Positions 25,609-33,031 of a stretch of 33,412 nt of DNA are shown one piece after another. The DNA comes from an uncultured Gammaproteobacteria bacterium. Its GTDB lineage: Bacteria > Patescibacteriota > Patescibacteriia > Magasanikbacterales > GWA2-37-8. The notes below the pieces were generated by a model. It was given only the letters and a program-made list of their open reading frames with translations, made no database searches and was not told the DNA's origin. The position numbers were made by a program, and so were the translations under genes. Position 1 is the first letter of the stretch; every line of letters begins with the position of its first letter. Location of the stretch: contig CAYIHE010000002.1 of assembly GCA_964363145.1 (NCBI GenBank), forward strand, positions 1 through 33,412, written 5' to 3'.

Positions 25609-25627
25609 AACCCGATTAGTCAACCTG
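25609..25627 (+). repeat. IS-end-like fragment
   Basis: AACCCGATTAGTCAACCTG matches AACCCGATTAGCAACCTG at 32329-32346, the inner part of the right end of the IS, except for a single-nt insertion. Confidence 0.4.
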
Positions 25628-25673
25628 CTTTTTGGGCTAAATAAAAGGGTTTTTAAAACGATATTTTTGATAC

Positions 25674-25702
25674 TTGTAACAATTAAAAATCTGTTGTAAA
25701 AT
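25674..25702 (+). promoter_or_regulatory. candidate promoter for the PEP carboxylase gene
   Basis: TTGTAA (25674-25679), 17 nt, TAAAAT (25697-25702). The -10 ends directly at the track ATG (25703), which favours the ATG at 25730 as the real start. Confidence 0.35.
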
Positions 25703-25729
25703 ATGCGGGCTACGAATTTTAACCTAACT

Positions 25730-27235
25730 ATGCGAAAAATACCGGCCACCATGGCCTCACAACACCCTGATCACGCTTCCGTGCCATATTGGCATCATTC
25801 GGAATTTATTGGCGCCCAAGATGAAGCAAAGGAATGCTTTTTATCATTTTCCGATTTGGGTATTTCCGAATACAAATGGGATTGGGAAGGAAAACTGGTT
25901 GATGAATCTATTTTGGAAAGATTGCTGGGAGAACATTTGGATTTTTTCCAAAAACATCCACTGGGCTTGGACAAATTCCTCACATTCAGATTACCAAATT
26001 CCAACACAGAAACAGAATTTCGCATGAGCCGGGCCATGATGGGCATCCTTAGCGCGGCTGGCATGGCCAAACAAGTAGGTTTGCATTGTCCGCCGATTTT
26101 TGAGGTAATTCTGCCTATGGTAAAAACCGCCGAAGAAATGATTGATGCTGAAGAAGCATTTGAAGAACTAACCAACTTAAAACACCCCTTATTTAAATTA
26201 AAAAATTGCGCCCCGCATCACCTAGAAATAATTCCACTTTTTGAAAATACAGACGTAATTATTAATTCGGATAAAATAATTAAAAAATACCTTGAACTTC
26301 ATAAAACAAAATTTAAAAAAACGCCAAATTATATACGGCCATACATAGCCCGATCTGATCCTGCGCTTAATTCCGGCATAGTGCCAACCGTTATTGCCAT
26401 CAAAATCGCTTTGGCAAAATACAAAAAATGCGCCGAGGAAAACAACATTGATTTATACCCTATTCTCGGCGCCGCCTCTTTGCCTTTTCGCGGCGGCCTC
26501 ACCCCATATAACACGGAAAGTTTTATTCGCGAATATGCCGGCATAAAAACAGTTCTGTTGCAAAGCGCTTTTCGATACGATTTTCCAAAAGAAGAAGTGA
26601 TAAAATCAATAAAAATTTTTGAAGACAAACTGCAATCAAGCCAAGCCGCCGCCATGGAAGAGCCGGAAGAAAAAAAATTAATTGAACTAATCAAAACATT
26701 TGAAAATTTTTACAAACCAACGATTGAGAGTGTCGCGGATTTTATTAGCAACATCGCCCAATCCATACCCAAACGCCGCGAACGCGTCCAGCATGTGGGC
26801 ATTTTTGGCTATTCCCGCGCGGTCGGTTCCGTAAAACTTCCACGCGCCATTGGCTTTACGGCCGCATTTTATTCTCTCGGCGTGCCTCCGGAAATTATTG
26901 GCACCGGCCGAGGCATTGCCGCCGCTAAAATTAACGGATCTTTGCCGTTAATCGAGCAATATTATTTAAACCTAAAAGACGATCTAGCGCGCGCCGGCAG
27001 ATTTGTAAATAAAAAAAACCTGCAAAAACTTGCGGCTGAAAATAATGCTTGGAACGATGTCTTGGCTGACGTCGTGGCGGTGGAAGATTATTTGCAAATA
27101 GAATTAACGCCGATTTCTGATGAAGAAAAACAGCACCAAACACTCACCGAACAAATTCTAAACCAATTGGAAAAAAACGAACCCATCATAGGCCTCGTTC
27201 AATCGGCCGGCGTTCTGCGAAAAAGTTTAGGCTGA
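25730..27235 (+). CDS. ppcA: archaeal-type phosphoenolpyruvate carboxylase (PepcA family)
   Basis: MRKIPATMASQHPDH start, PIFEVILPMV, IARSDPALNSG, ILGAASLPFRGG, LQSAFRYD, LPRAIGFTAAFYSLGVPPEIIGTGRG and a C-terminal ...RKSLG. These match my recollection of PepcA blocks (for example Clostridium perfringens PepcA MKIPCSMMTQHPDN ... RGSIG). Confidence 0.85.
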   Translation: MRKIPATMASQHPDHASVPYWHHSEFIGAQDEAKECFLSFSDLGISEYKWDWEGKLVDESILERLLGEHLDFFQKHPLGLDKFLTFRLPNSNTETEFRMSRAMMGILSAAGMAKQVGLHCPPIFEVILPMVKTAEEMIDAEEAFEELTNLKHPLFKLKNCAPHHLEIIPLFENTDVIINSDKIIKKYLELHKTKFKKTPNYIRPYIARSDPALNSGIVPTVIAIKIALAKYKKCAEENNIDLYPILGAASLPFRGGLTPYNTESFIREYAGIKTVLLQSAFRYDFPKEEVIKSIKIFEDKLQSSQAAAMEEPEEKKLIELIKTFENFYKPTIESVADFISNIAQSIPKRRERVQHVGIFGYSRAVGSVKLPRAIGFTAAFYSLGVPPEIIGTGRGIAAAKINGSLPLIEQYYLNLKDDLARAGRFVNKKNLQKLAAENNAWNDVLADVVAVEDYLQIELTPISDEEKQHQTLTEQILNQLEKNEPIIGLVQSAGVLRKSLG

Positions 27236-29005
27236 CATATTTTCGGCCAACTCATCTTTATCTAAATACGGAAACATGTCTTCGTACGGTTTGGAAACCA
27301 ATTTTCCCTCGGCGTTTTTTTCCGATGCAACGCGCGGTACTATCAATTGCCACTCCGGCGTCATAATGTCGCAAATTACCGGACCGTTAAAATCTAAAAC
27401 TTCTTTTATTTTTCTGTCAACTTCACTGGCTTTGGATATGCGCACGCCTTTAATGCCATACGCTTTAGCAATGGCCAGCGAATCCGGGCACCAAACTCCC
27501 GACTCTGGACCTTCGCCCAACAAACGGCCTTCCATAAAATTCTTCTGGGTATGCCGGATAAGTAAATAACCGTTGTTATTGAAAATAAAAACCTTAATAG
27601 GCAAGTTATTGTGTTTGATGGTGGCAAATTCCTGAATATTCATCTGTAAACTGCCGTCACCGGTAATAATAAACGTTCTTTGGCGGTTATTGGCCGCGCA
27701 CGCGCCGATTCCGGCTACCCAATACCCCATTGAGGATAGTCCTCCCGTGGTAAGAAAACGCTGCCCTTTTTTTATTTTCCATGTTTGACAAGCGACGTGA
27801 AAACATGAACCGGTGTCTACCAAGACCATATCGCCGGATTCGGACAATTCGGACAACCTGTCGGTAAAGTAATACGAATTAACCGGATTTTCTTTTTTAT
27901 AAGCGGGTAAAGCAACCGGATATTTTCTTTTCCACTCCTGGCATTTTTTTAACCAGGCGCTAAAATCAAACGGCTTCGCGTTTTTTAATTTATCTGACAA
28001 TAATTTAAAAAATACTTTTGCATCTGCTAAAATTTTTAATTCAATTTCAATTGTCGGTTTGTCTAATTCCAGCCGATCTATATCCACAACAACTTTTTTA
28101 GCGTTTCTGGCAAAATCTTGGGCATTATGGCCGATTAAAGATGTAGTTAAACGACAACCAACCGCTATTAATAAATCGGAATTCTGAATCGCAAAATGGG
28201 CGGCTCTTTCGCCGTAAGTGCCGGGACGTCCCACATAAAGATCATTGTCGCTTTCGATTAAATCTATGCCGAGCCGGGAAGTTAATACGGGAATTTTTAA
28301 TTTAGAGATGGCTTCGCCAAATTCTTTAGTAGCATGCGCCAATCTTACTCCCTGCCCAACAAGCAAAACGGGTCTTTTAGCGCTAGATAATAATTCAATC
28401 ATTTTTTCTATTTGTTCCACAACAGCTGTTTCCGATTTTACTTCTACGGGAAACTTAAAATCAGAAGAAATATTTTCCGGAACCTCCGCTCTTTGTATGT
28501 CTAACGGCACATCAATCCAAACCGGACCGGGCCGGCCACTCGTCGCTAAAAAATAAGCGGTTTCCAAATAAGTTAATATCTTGGCCGGATCATCCACGGT
28601 GATAAAATACTTGGCAACTTTTTCTACCAGCGGTTTGATGTTTATGCCTTGAACGCCAAACTGCCTGATGCCGGTTTGCTCCTGATACTGCACATTAGCC
28701 AAATTTGACTGTCCGGAAATAACAATCATCGGCGCTGAATCAGTCCAGCCACCTACTACGCCATTGATAACATTTACCGCGCCCGGACCGGCCGTAACCA
28801 GCGCCACCGCCGGTTTGCCGGCAATTCGCCCATACGCGTCGGCTGACATGCCGGCGGATTGTTCGTGATGCGTGCAGGTAACGTGAAATTTACCGCTTCG
28901 GTAAATAGCGTCAATTAAATACATGGCCTGCCCGCCGGAAACCATAAAAACTTCATCTGTGCCTTTTTCCGCTAAAAATTTAAAAATATAATCGGCAACG
29001 TTCAT
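27227..29005 (-). CDS. thiamine-diphosphate-dependent enzyme, acetolactate-synthase large-subunit-like (function open; YerE-like carboligase is one possibility)
   Basis: About 592 aa from the ATG at 29003-29005 (MNVADYIFKFLAEKGTDEVFMVSGG...). The track start at 29017 is a TTG. Shows the N-terminal Pyr domain (HEQSAGMSADAYGR, TAGPGAVN) and the C-terminal ThDP motif GDGSLQMNIQE...NN. Its 3' end overlaps ppcA by 9 nt (convergent). Confidence 0.8.
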   Translation of the reverse strand: MNVADYIFKFLAEKGTDEVFMVSGGQAMYLIDAIYRSGKFHVTCTHHEQSAGMSADAYGRIAGKPAVALVTAGPGAVNVINGVVGGWTDSAPMIVISGQSNLANVQYQEQTGIRQFGVQGINIKPLVEKVAKYFITVDDPAKILTYLETAYFLATSGRPGPVWIDVPLDIQRAEVPENISSDFKFPVEVKSETAVVEQIEKMIELLSSAKRPVLLVGQGVRLAHATKEFGEAISKLKIPVLTSRLGIDLIESDNDLYVGRPGTYGERAAHFAIQNSDLLIAVGCRLTTSLIGHNAQDFARNAKKVVVDIDRLELDKPTIEIELKILADAKVFFKLLSDKLKNAKPFDFSAWLKKCQEWKRKYPVALPAYKKENPVNSYYFTDRLSELSESGDMVLVDTGSCFHVACQTWKIKKGQRFLTTGGLSSMGYWVAGIGACAANNRQRTFIITGDGSLQMNIQEFATIKHNNLPIKVFIFNNNGYLLIRHTQKNFMEGRLLGEGPESGVWCPDSLAIAKAYGIKGVRISKASEVDRKIKEVLDFNGPVICDIMTPEWQLIVPRVASEKNAEGKLVSKPYEDMFPYLDKDELAENMSA

Positions 29006-29036
29006 ATTCAAATACAAGTAATTAAAATTATTTTTA

Positions 29037-30041
29037 CTATTTTTTCTTAGATAATTCTATGGCCGCTTCGTTAATCATATCTTCCTGGCCGCCGACAATT
29101 TTTCTCTTCCCCACCTCCACATAAATATCCCGGGCGTCAATACCGTATTTTTCCGCCGCTCGTTTTATAGGCAAAGCGTAAACTGAAAAAACTCCGGTTA
29201 AACCGCCCATCAGGCCGATTGTGTCTATTTCTTGCGGCTTCGTCATTATTTTTGTAACAATGCCTTCGCTCACGTCCATTAATTTGTATAAATCAATCCC
29301 GGTGGCGAAGTTCATTTTTTGTAAAACCGTTACCATGGCTTCAAGCTGGCAATTACCCGCGCCGGCGCCAAATCCGCGCAAAGTGCCGTCTATAATCGTC
29401 GCACCGCTATCGATAGCAACAAGCGAATTGCCCACCGCCATCCCCAAATTGTTGTGAGCGTGAAAACCGACCGGAATGGACAAATTATCTACCAGATGTT
29501 TAATGGTTTCCGAAACCATAGACGGGATAGATGCTCCGGCCGAGTCCATTATTATTATACCGCGCGCGCCATAAGATTGCATCTTTAATGCTTCTTCCAG
29601 CAATCTTTCTTTGGTGGTCATGTGATACATCATTAAAACTCCATGCACTTCTTTGTTTGCGGAAGCCAGATACTTTATATATTGCTGGGTGGTATCGGCT
29701 TCAGTGCAATGCGCGGCCACGCACACCAAATCAACCCCCAATTTAAGCGCCGGCTCCAAATCATCGGCAATGGTGGCAAATCCGGGAATCATAAAAATTC
29801 CCAGACGCGTTTTTTTCAAAGCTTTTCTGGCTATAGCAATAGTGTCTAAATCATTTACTTCCGAAAATCCCACCTGATGCGATGAGGCGCCAATGCCATT
29901 GCCATGGCCAACGATGACCGTGTACAAACCGGCGCCATCTATACTTTCACAGTATTCGCGAATTTGCTCGGCGCTGATTTTGTGTGAAACGGCATGCGAT
30001 CCGTCGCGCAAAGTAGAATCAAAAAATTTAACGTCATTCAT
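29037..30041 (-). CDS. dmpG: 4-hydroxy-2-oxovalerate aldolase
   Basis: DSTLRDGSHA, AAHCTEAD, HAHNNLGMAVGNS, GFGAGAGNCQLE and VGGQEDMI are colinear with Pseudomonas DmpG blocks. 334 aa. Confidence 0.85.
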   Translation of the reverse strand: MNDVKFFDSTLRDGSHAVSHKISAEQIREYCESIDGAGLYTVIVGHGNGIGASSHQVGFSEVNDLDTIAIARKALKKTRLGIFMIPGFATIADDLEPALKLGVDLVCVAAHCTEADTTQQYIKYLASANKEVHGVLMMYHMTTKERLLEEALKMQSYGARGIIIMDSAGASIPSMVSETIKHLVDNLSIPVGFHAHNNLGMAVGNSLVAIDSGATIIDGTLRGFGAGAGNCQLEAMVTVLQKMNFATGIDLYKLMDVSEGIVTKIMTKPQEIDTIGLMGGLTGVFSVYALPIKRAAEKYGIDARDIYVEVGKRKIVGGQEDMINEAAIELSKKK

Positions 30042-30921
30042 ATTTTCTTTTTTCTAAAATTGTTTTAGCGTAATCTTCGGCTACCCGCACTGCCGCGCAA
30101 GTAATAATATCCAAATTTCCGGCATACGCCGGCAAAAAGTCCCCGCTACCCACCACTTGCACGGTAATAGCTACTCGCCCTTTTTCCACTATCGGCCCAT
30201 AGGTAACTTGATAGCCGGGAACATATCCTCGGATTAGTTCGGCCATTTTATCAATTTTTTCTTTAAGCAATTCAATGTTGGGGTTAGGGATACTAGCGTA
30301 AATAGTGTTATGCATTAAAACGGGTGGTTCAGCCGGATTGAAAACTAAAATAACTTTCGCCTTTTGCACGCCGGAAAATTGTTCCAGAGCGCGCTTGGTG
30401 GTTAGCATATACTCTTCAATATTCGCGCGAGTTCCGGAACCGGCGGATTTTGAGGCGATGCTTCCCACGATTTCAATATAGGTTGTGTCCGGATGAGTGT
30501 CCATAATAACTTTGGCCAGAGGCACGCACGCTTGTCCGCCGCAAGTAACCAAATTAACATTTTGCGCAGAAAGCGCCTTATCAATATTCAGAACCGGAAT
30601 GCACATCGTGCCAATTCGCGAAGGCGTTAAATCAATAACAAATTTTCCCAATTGCTTTAAAATGGGGGCGTGAACAAGGTGGTTTTGGGCCGAAGTGGCG
30701 TCAAAAACTATTTCACAACAACTAGGGTCGCGCTCAATCGCCGCGATAGAATCCGCGGAAGTGGGAACGCCAAGTTCTTGGGCTCTTTTAATACCTTCGG
30801 ATTCTAAATTTCGACCGGTAAATAATCCGCACTCCAAAACAGCGGATTTTTGAATCTTTAAAAGCAAATCACTACCAATATTGCCCGTGCCGATTATGGC
30901 GACTTTTAGCTTATTTTGCAT
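30034..30921 (-). CDS. dmpF: acetaldehyde dehydrogenase (acetylating)
   Basis: Start set at the ATG 30919-30921 (MQNKLKVAIIGTGNIGSDLLLK; compare DmpF MNQKLKVAIIGSGNIGTDLMIK). Catalytic Cys block NVNLVTCGGQACVP, then SKSAGSGTRANI and LPAYAGNLDI. The track N-terminal extension to 30996 is rejected. Confidence 0.85.
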   Translation of the reverse strand: MQNKLKVAIIGTGNIGSDLLLKIQKSAVLECGLFTGRNLESEGIKRAQELGVPTSADSIAAIERDPSCCEIVFDATSAQNHLVHAPILKQLGKFVIDLTPSRIGTMCIPVLNIDKALSAQNVNLVTCGGQACVPLAKVIMDTHPDTTYIEIVGSIASKSAGSGTRANIEEYMLTTKRALEQFSGVQKAKVILVFNPAEPPVLMHNTIYASIPNPNIELLKEKIDKMAELIRGYVPGYQVTYGPIVEKGRVAITVQVVGSGDFLPAYAGNLDIITCAAVRVAEDYAKTILEKRKYE

Positions 30922-30925
30922 ACAA

Positions 30926-30962
30926 AGTGAGAGAAATGAAAACTTGTTTTCTTTTCCGAGCG
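30926..30962 (-). promoter_or_regulatory. conserved leader module, copy B (11-mer / hairpin / 11-mer) upstream of dmpF
   Basis: The minus strand reads CGCTCGGAAAA, GAAAAC-AA-GTTTTC, (A)TTTCTCTCACT, 4 nt, then ATG. It shares both 11-mers and the basal GAAA/TTTC stem with 20086-20126. Confidence 0.45.
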
Positions 30963-31017
30963 TGTATGGAAAATACCTTAGTATTTTACATAACAATTTT
31001 TACTTTGTTTGATTATA

Positions 31018-31046
31018 AATATATCATTTTTCCCTAAAAAAATCAA
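31018..31046 (-). promoter_or_regulatory. candidate promoter of the dmpF-dmpG-ThDP operon
   Basis: The minus strand has TTGATT (31046-31041), 17 nt, TATATT (31023-31018). It lies about 5 nt from the left end of the IS. The AT-rich context makes this tentative. Confidence 0.3.
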
Positions 31047-31062
31047 GTAACCCTGGGTAGAG

Positions 31063-31085
31063 AGCGTCCTAATCCGAGGTTGCTA
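31063..31085. repeat. IS left inverted repeat
   Basis: AGCGTCCTAATCCGAGGTTGCTA. The reverse complement of 32337-32359 is AGCGTCCTAACTCCAGGTTGCTA, a 20/23 match. Confidence 0.7.
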
Positions 31086-31130
31086 TCAAATCCATACTTC
31101 CTCTAAGCCTAGCGTCAAATTGAACAATTA

Positions 31131-32327
31131 ATGTATAGTACCTGCGTTAATAACTTTTTATACACATTTTTATGCCCAAAAAAAAGAGTGCTACGCTGTC
31201 CGAAATGTAATTCTTTAGACACCAAAAGGTACAGAAAACGTTTTGTGGCGGCGTTGTCCAAAACGGTTCTGCGCATCGCCTGTAAGACGTGTGGTTTTGT
31301 CGGACCAGTTCGCTCCATCTCCGGTGTTCGAGCCAGCGAAGAATTGTGTCAAACAATCATGCGGGAGAGTTTAGAAAGAGCCTCAATGCGCATCCTCGCT
31401 CGCCGGTATCACAAGACACGCGATACCATAATGCGCATAATACATCGTGTCTGTGAAGCCTTGCCGGATAGTATTAGCCTGGCTAAAAAACTTCAACCGC
31501 TATGGTCTGGTATTCTTGTTTTCGACGGCAAGGTGATCAGGGTCTATGACAAGGTGACGGAAAAACTTGACCCCCAATATTTAACCGAGGACGAAAGGAG
31601 ATGGATTCACAAAATGCGCTGGCTCTGCGGCGTCGACTATGGCACCGGCGATCTGCCCCACTATGATCTCGGGGAGTCGGAGAATATGGTTGATTTGGTT
31701 TTGTATTTCAAAAATCTAAAGTCCCTAAAATACCCGTTAATTGCTATAGTTTGCGATGGAAATCCGCTCATACCAAGAGCGGCCAGATTTGTGTTTGGCA
31801 AGCAGATTATTGTCCAGCGGTGTACCCGCCATTTTTTAGAAGATTTAAGAAAACTTTTGCCGACCGAAGAGGACAGAAAAGCAGAAAGGATACAATTGGA
31901 ACAGTTAATTCTGAGAATTAAATCGGTAATTGAAACGGACACGCTGGAGTCAGCCCAATACCATTTAGAATCATTAAAAAGATTTTCCGATTCCATTACC
32001 GGACCGCTTAAACAATCTATGCTGAATATGTTCAAAAGAACAAAAGTCGAGTTGACCGCCCACTTGCTTTATCCCGAACTCAAACTGCCGCATACTTCCA
32101 ACGACATTGAAAATCTTTTCAAACAGCTGATGCAGAGATTAAAAACCATTGGCCGATTTTTTCATCAGACCTACGCCAAAAATTATTTAAGCGCATGGGC
32201 ATTGCTCAGACGGTTCACTCCTTTTACCGATTGCCGAAAAGGAAGAAGGCACCGAAACAAAAAATCCCCGCTGGAATTAGCGGGGTGTGAAATACAGAAT
32301 ATTGATCCGATGAAATTAAAAAGATAG
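31131..32327 (+). CDS. putative DDE-type transposase with N-terminal zinc ribbon and HTH
   Basis: CPKC...CKTC ribbon, an HTH-like SMRILARRYHKTRDTIMRIIHRV, candidate catalytic blocks LVFDGK and AIVCDGNPLIPRAARFVFGKQIIVQRCTRHF, and HTSNDIENLFKQLMQRLK resembling IS256/ISL3/IS1-type cores. Family not assigned. The start is uncertain (see the A8 finding). Confidence 0.6.
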   Translation: MYSTCVNNFLYTFLCPKKRVLRCPKCNSLDTKRYRKRFVAALSKTVLRIACKTCGFVGPVRSISGVRASEELCQTIMRESLERASMRILARRYHKTRDTIMRIIHRVCEALPDSISLAKKLQPLWSGILVFDGKVIRVYDKVTEKLDPQYLTEDERRWIHKMRWLCGVDYGTGDLPHYDLGESENMVDLVLYFKNLKSLKYPLIAIVCDGNPLIPRAARFVFGKQIIVQRCTRHFLEDLRKLLPTEEDRKAERIQLEQLILRIKSVIETDTLESAQYHLESLKRFSDSITGPLKQSMLNMFKRTKVELTAHLLYPELKLPHTSNDIENLFKQLMQRLKTIGRFFHQTYAKNYLSAWALLRRFTPFTDCRKGRRHRNKKSPLELAGCEIQNIDPMKLKR

Positions 32328-32336
32328 CAACCCGAT

Positions 32337-32359
32337 TAGCAACCTGGAGTTAGGACGCT
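32337..32359. repeat. IS right inverted repeat
   Basis: TAGCAACCTGGAGTTAGGACGCT. It is preceded by a second TAGCAACC copy at 32325-32332. Confidence 0.7.
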
Positions 32360-32392
32360 ATCAGGGCCTTGGCAGGGACATTGACGCAGACT

Positions 32393-33025
32393 CTACTTCG
32401 ACGGGTTGGCAATATGCTCGTGATCAATCACGTTTCCTTGATCATCAAACAATATCCGCCACGCTTCACCCTTTTCCAAATACGGCACCCGACCGCTTTC
32501 CTTCTGTAGTTCCCGAAGAGACGGCAAAGGCTGACCGGGGTTCAATAGTTGCCACATGGCGAAAGCTGTTGGGTCGCCGTGGCTAACCACAAAAATAGTC
32601 TTGCCACTATGTTTCCTCACCACACCGCTTATCGCCGCCACCATTCTGGCCGTAAAGCTGGGCGGTCTTTCGATGCGCCAGTTTGCCAGCTCCGGATGAG
32701 TATGTGGATCAACAATTTCGGCCAGCCAAACAAGAGACTTGCCGAACATGTCTGGTGAATTCGGATCTTGCAAACGCGGATCAGTCTCAATTGGCATGTT
32801 CAGTTCCGGGTAGTTACCCCTGATTTCGGCAGATGACTGCACTGCCCGCAAAAAATCACTGCTGACAATCGCATCCGGTACGATACCACGATCACGCAGA
32901 ATTCGGCCAAGAACGCGCATTTCCATTTTCCCCAAATTACTCAAGGAGATGGTCCCGTCGTAAATAGTGCCTTGCGGGTTTTCCAATCTCCCGTGGCGGG
33001 CAAGAATAACAGTGGTCTGCGGCAT
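32393..33025 (-). CDS. histidine phosphatase family protein (phosphoglycerate-mutase-like)
   Basis: VILARHGRLENPQG (RHG catalytic motif) and FVVSHGDP (second His). 210 aa. Confidence 0.8.
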   Translation of the reverse strand: MPQTTVILARHGRLENPQGTIYDGTISLSNLGKMEMRVLGRILRDRGIVPDAIVSSDFLRAVQSSAEIRGNYPELNMPIETDPRLQDPNSPDMFGKSLVWLAEIVDPHTHPELANWRIERPPSFTARMVAAISGVVRKHSGKTIFVVSHGDPTAFAMWQLLNPGQPLPSLRELQKESGRVPYLEKGEAWRILFDDQGNVIDHEHIANPSK

Positions 33026-33031
33026 AAAACT

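Larger units (their letters stand above)
31051..32366 (+). mobile_element. insertion sequence (about 1.3 kb, single transposase ORF, imperfect terminal inverted repeats)
   Basis: The inverted repeats 31063-31085 and 32337-32359 match at 20/23. An outer CCCTG (31051-31055) pairs with CAGGG (32362-32366). The element encloses one transposase-like ORF. No target-site duplication is evident. Confidence 0.6.

Noticed and set aside
25558-25752. 65-codon N-terminal extension of the track ORF 24673..25752
   Set aside because: The extension has no Rossmann motif and overlaps the ppcA start and promoter region. The typical SDR start, MKKLRIFLTGGGGFIG, begins at the ATG at 25557.
25730-29005. Phosphonate biosynthesis idea: a PEP-utilising enzyme next to a ThDP decarboxylase, as in PEP mutase plus phosphonopyruvate decarboxylase
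   Set aside because: The 501-aa protein shows PepcA blocks throughout and not an isocitrate-lyase/PEP-mutase fold. The ThDP enzyme is a full-length protein of about 590 aa of the acetolactate-synthase type. The two genes are convergent, not co-transcribed.
30922-30996. 25-codon N-terminal extension of the dmpF-like ORF
   Set aside because: DmpF-family proteins start with MxxKLKVAIIGSGNIG, which matches the ATG at 30921. The extension covers the conserved leader hairpin.
31051-31100. tRNA-like strings in the IS left end: GGGTAGAGAGC resembling a D-arm, and GGTT..AAATCC resembling a T-arm
   Set aside because: No acceptor stem, anticodon arm or contiguous T-arm can be folded. The same sequence is explained by the inverted repeat shared with 32337-32366.
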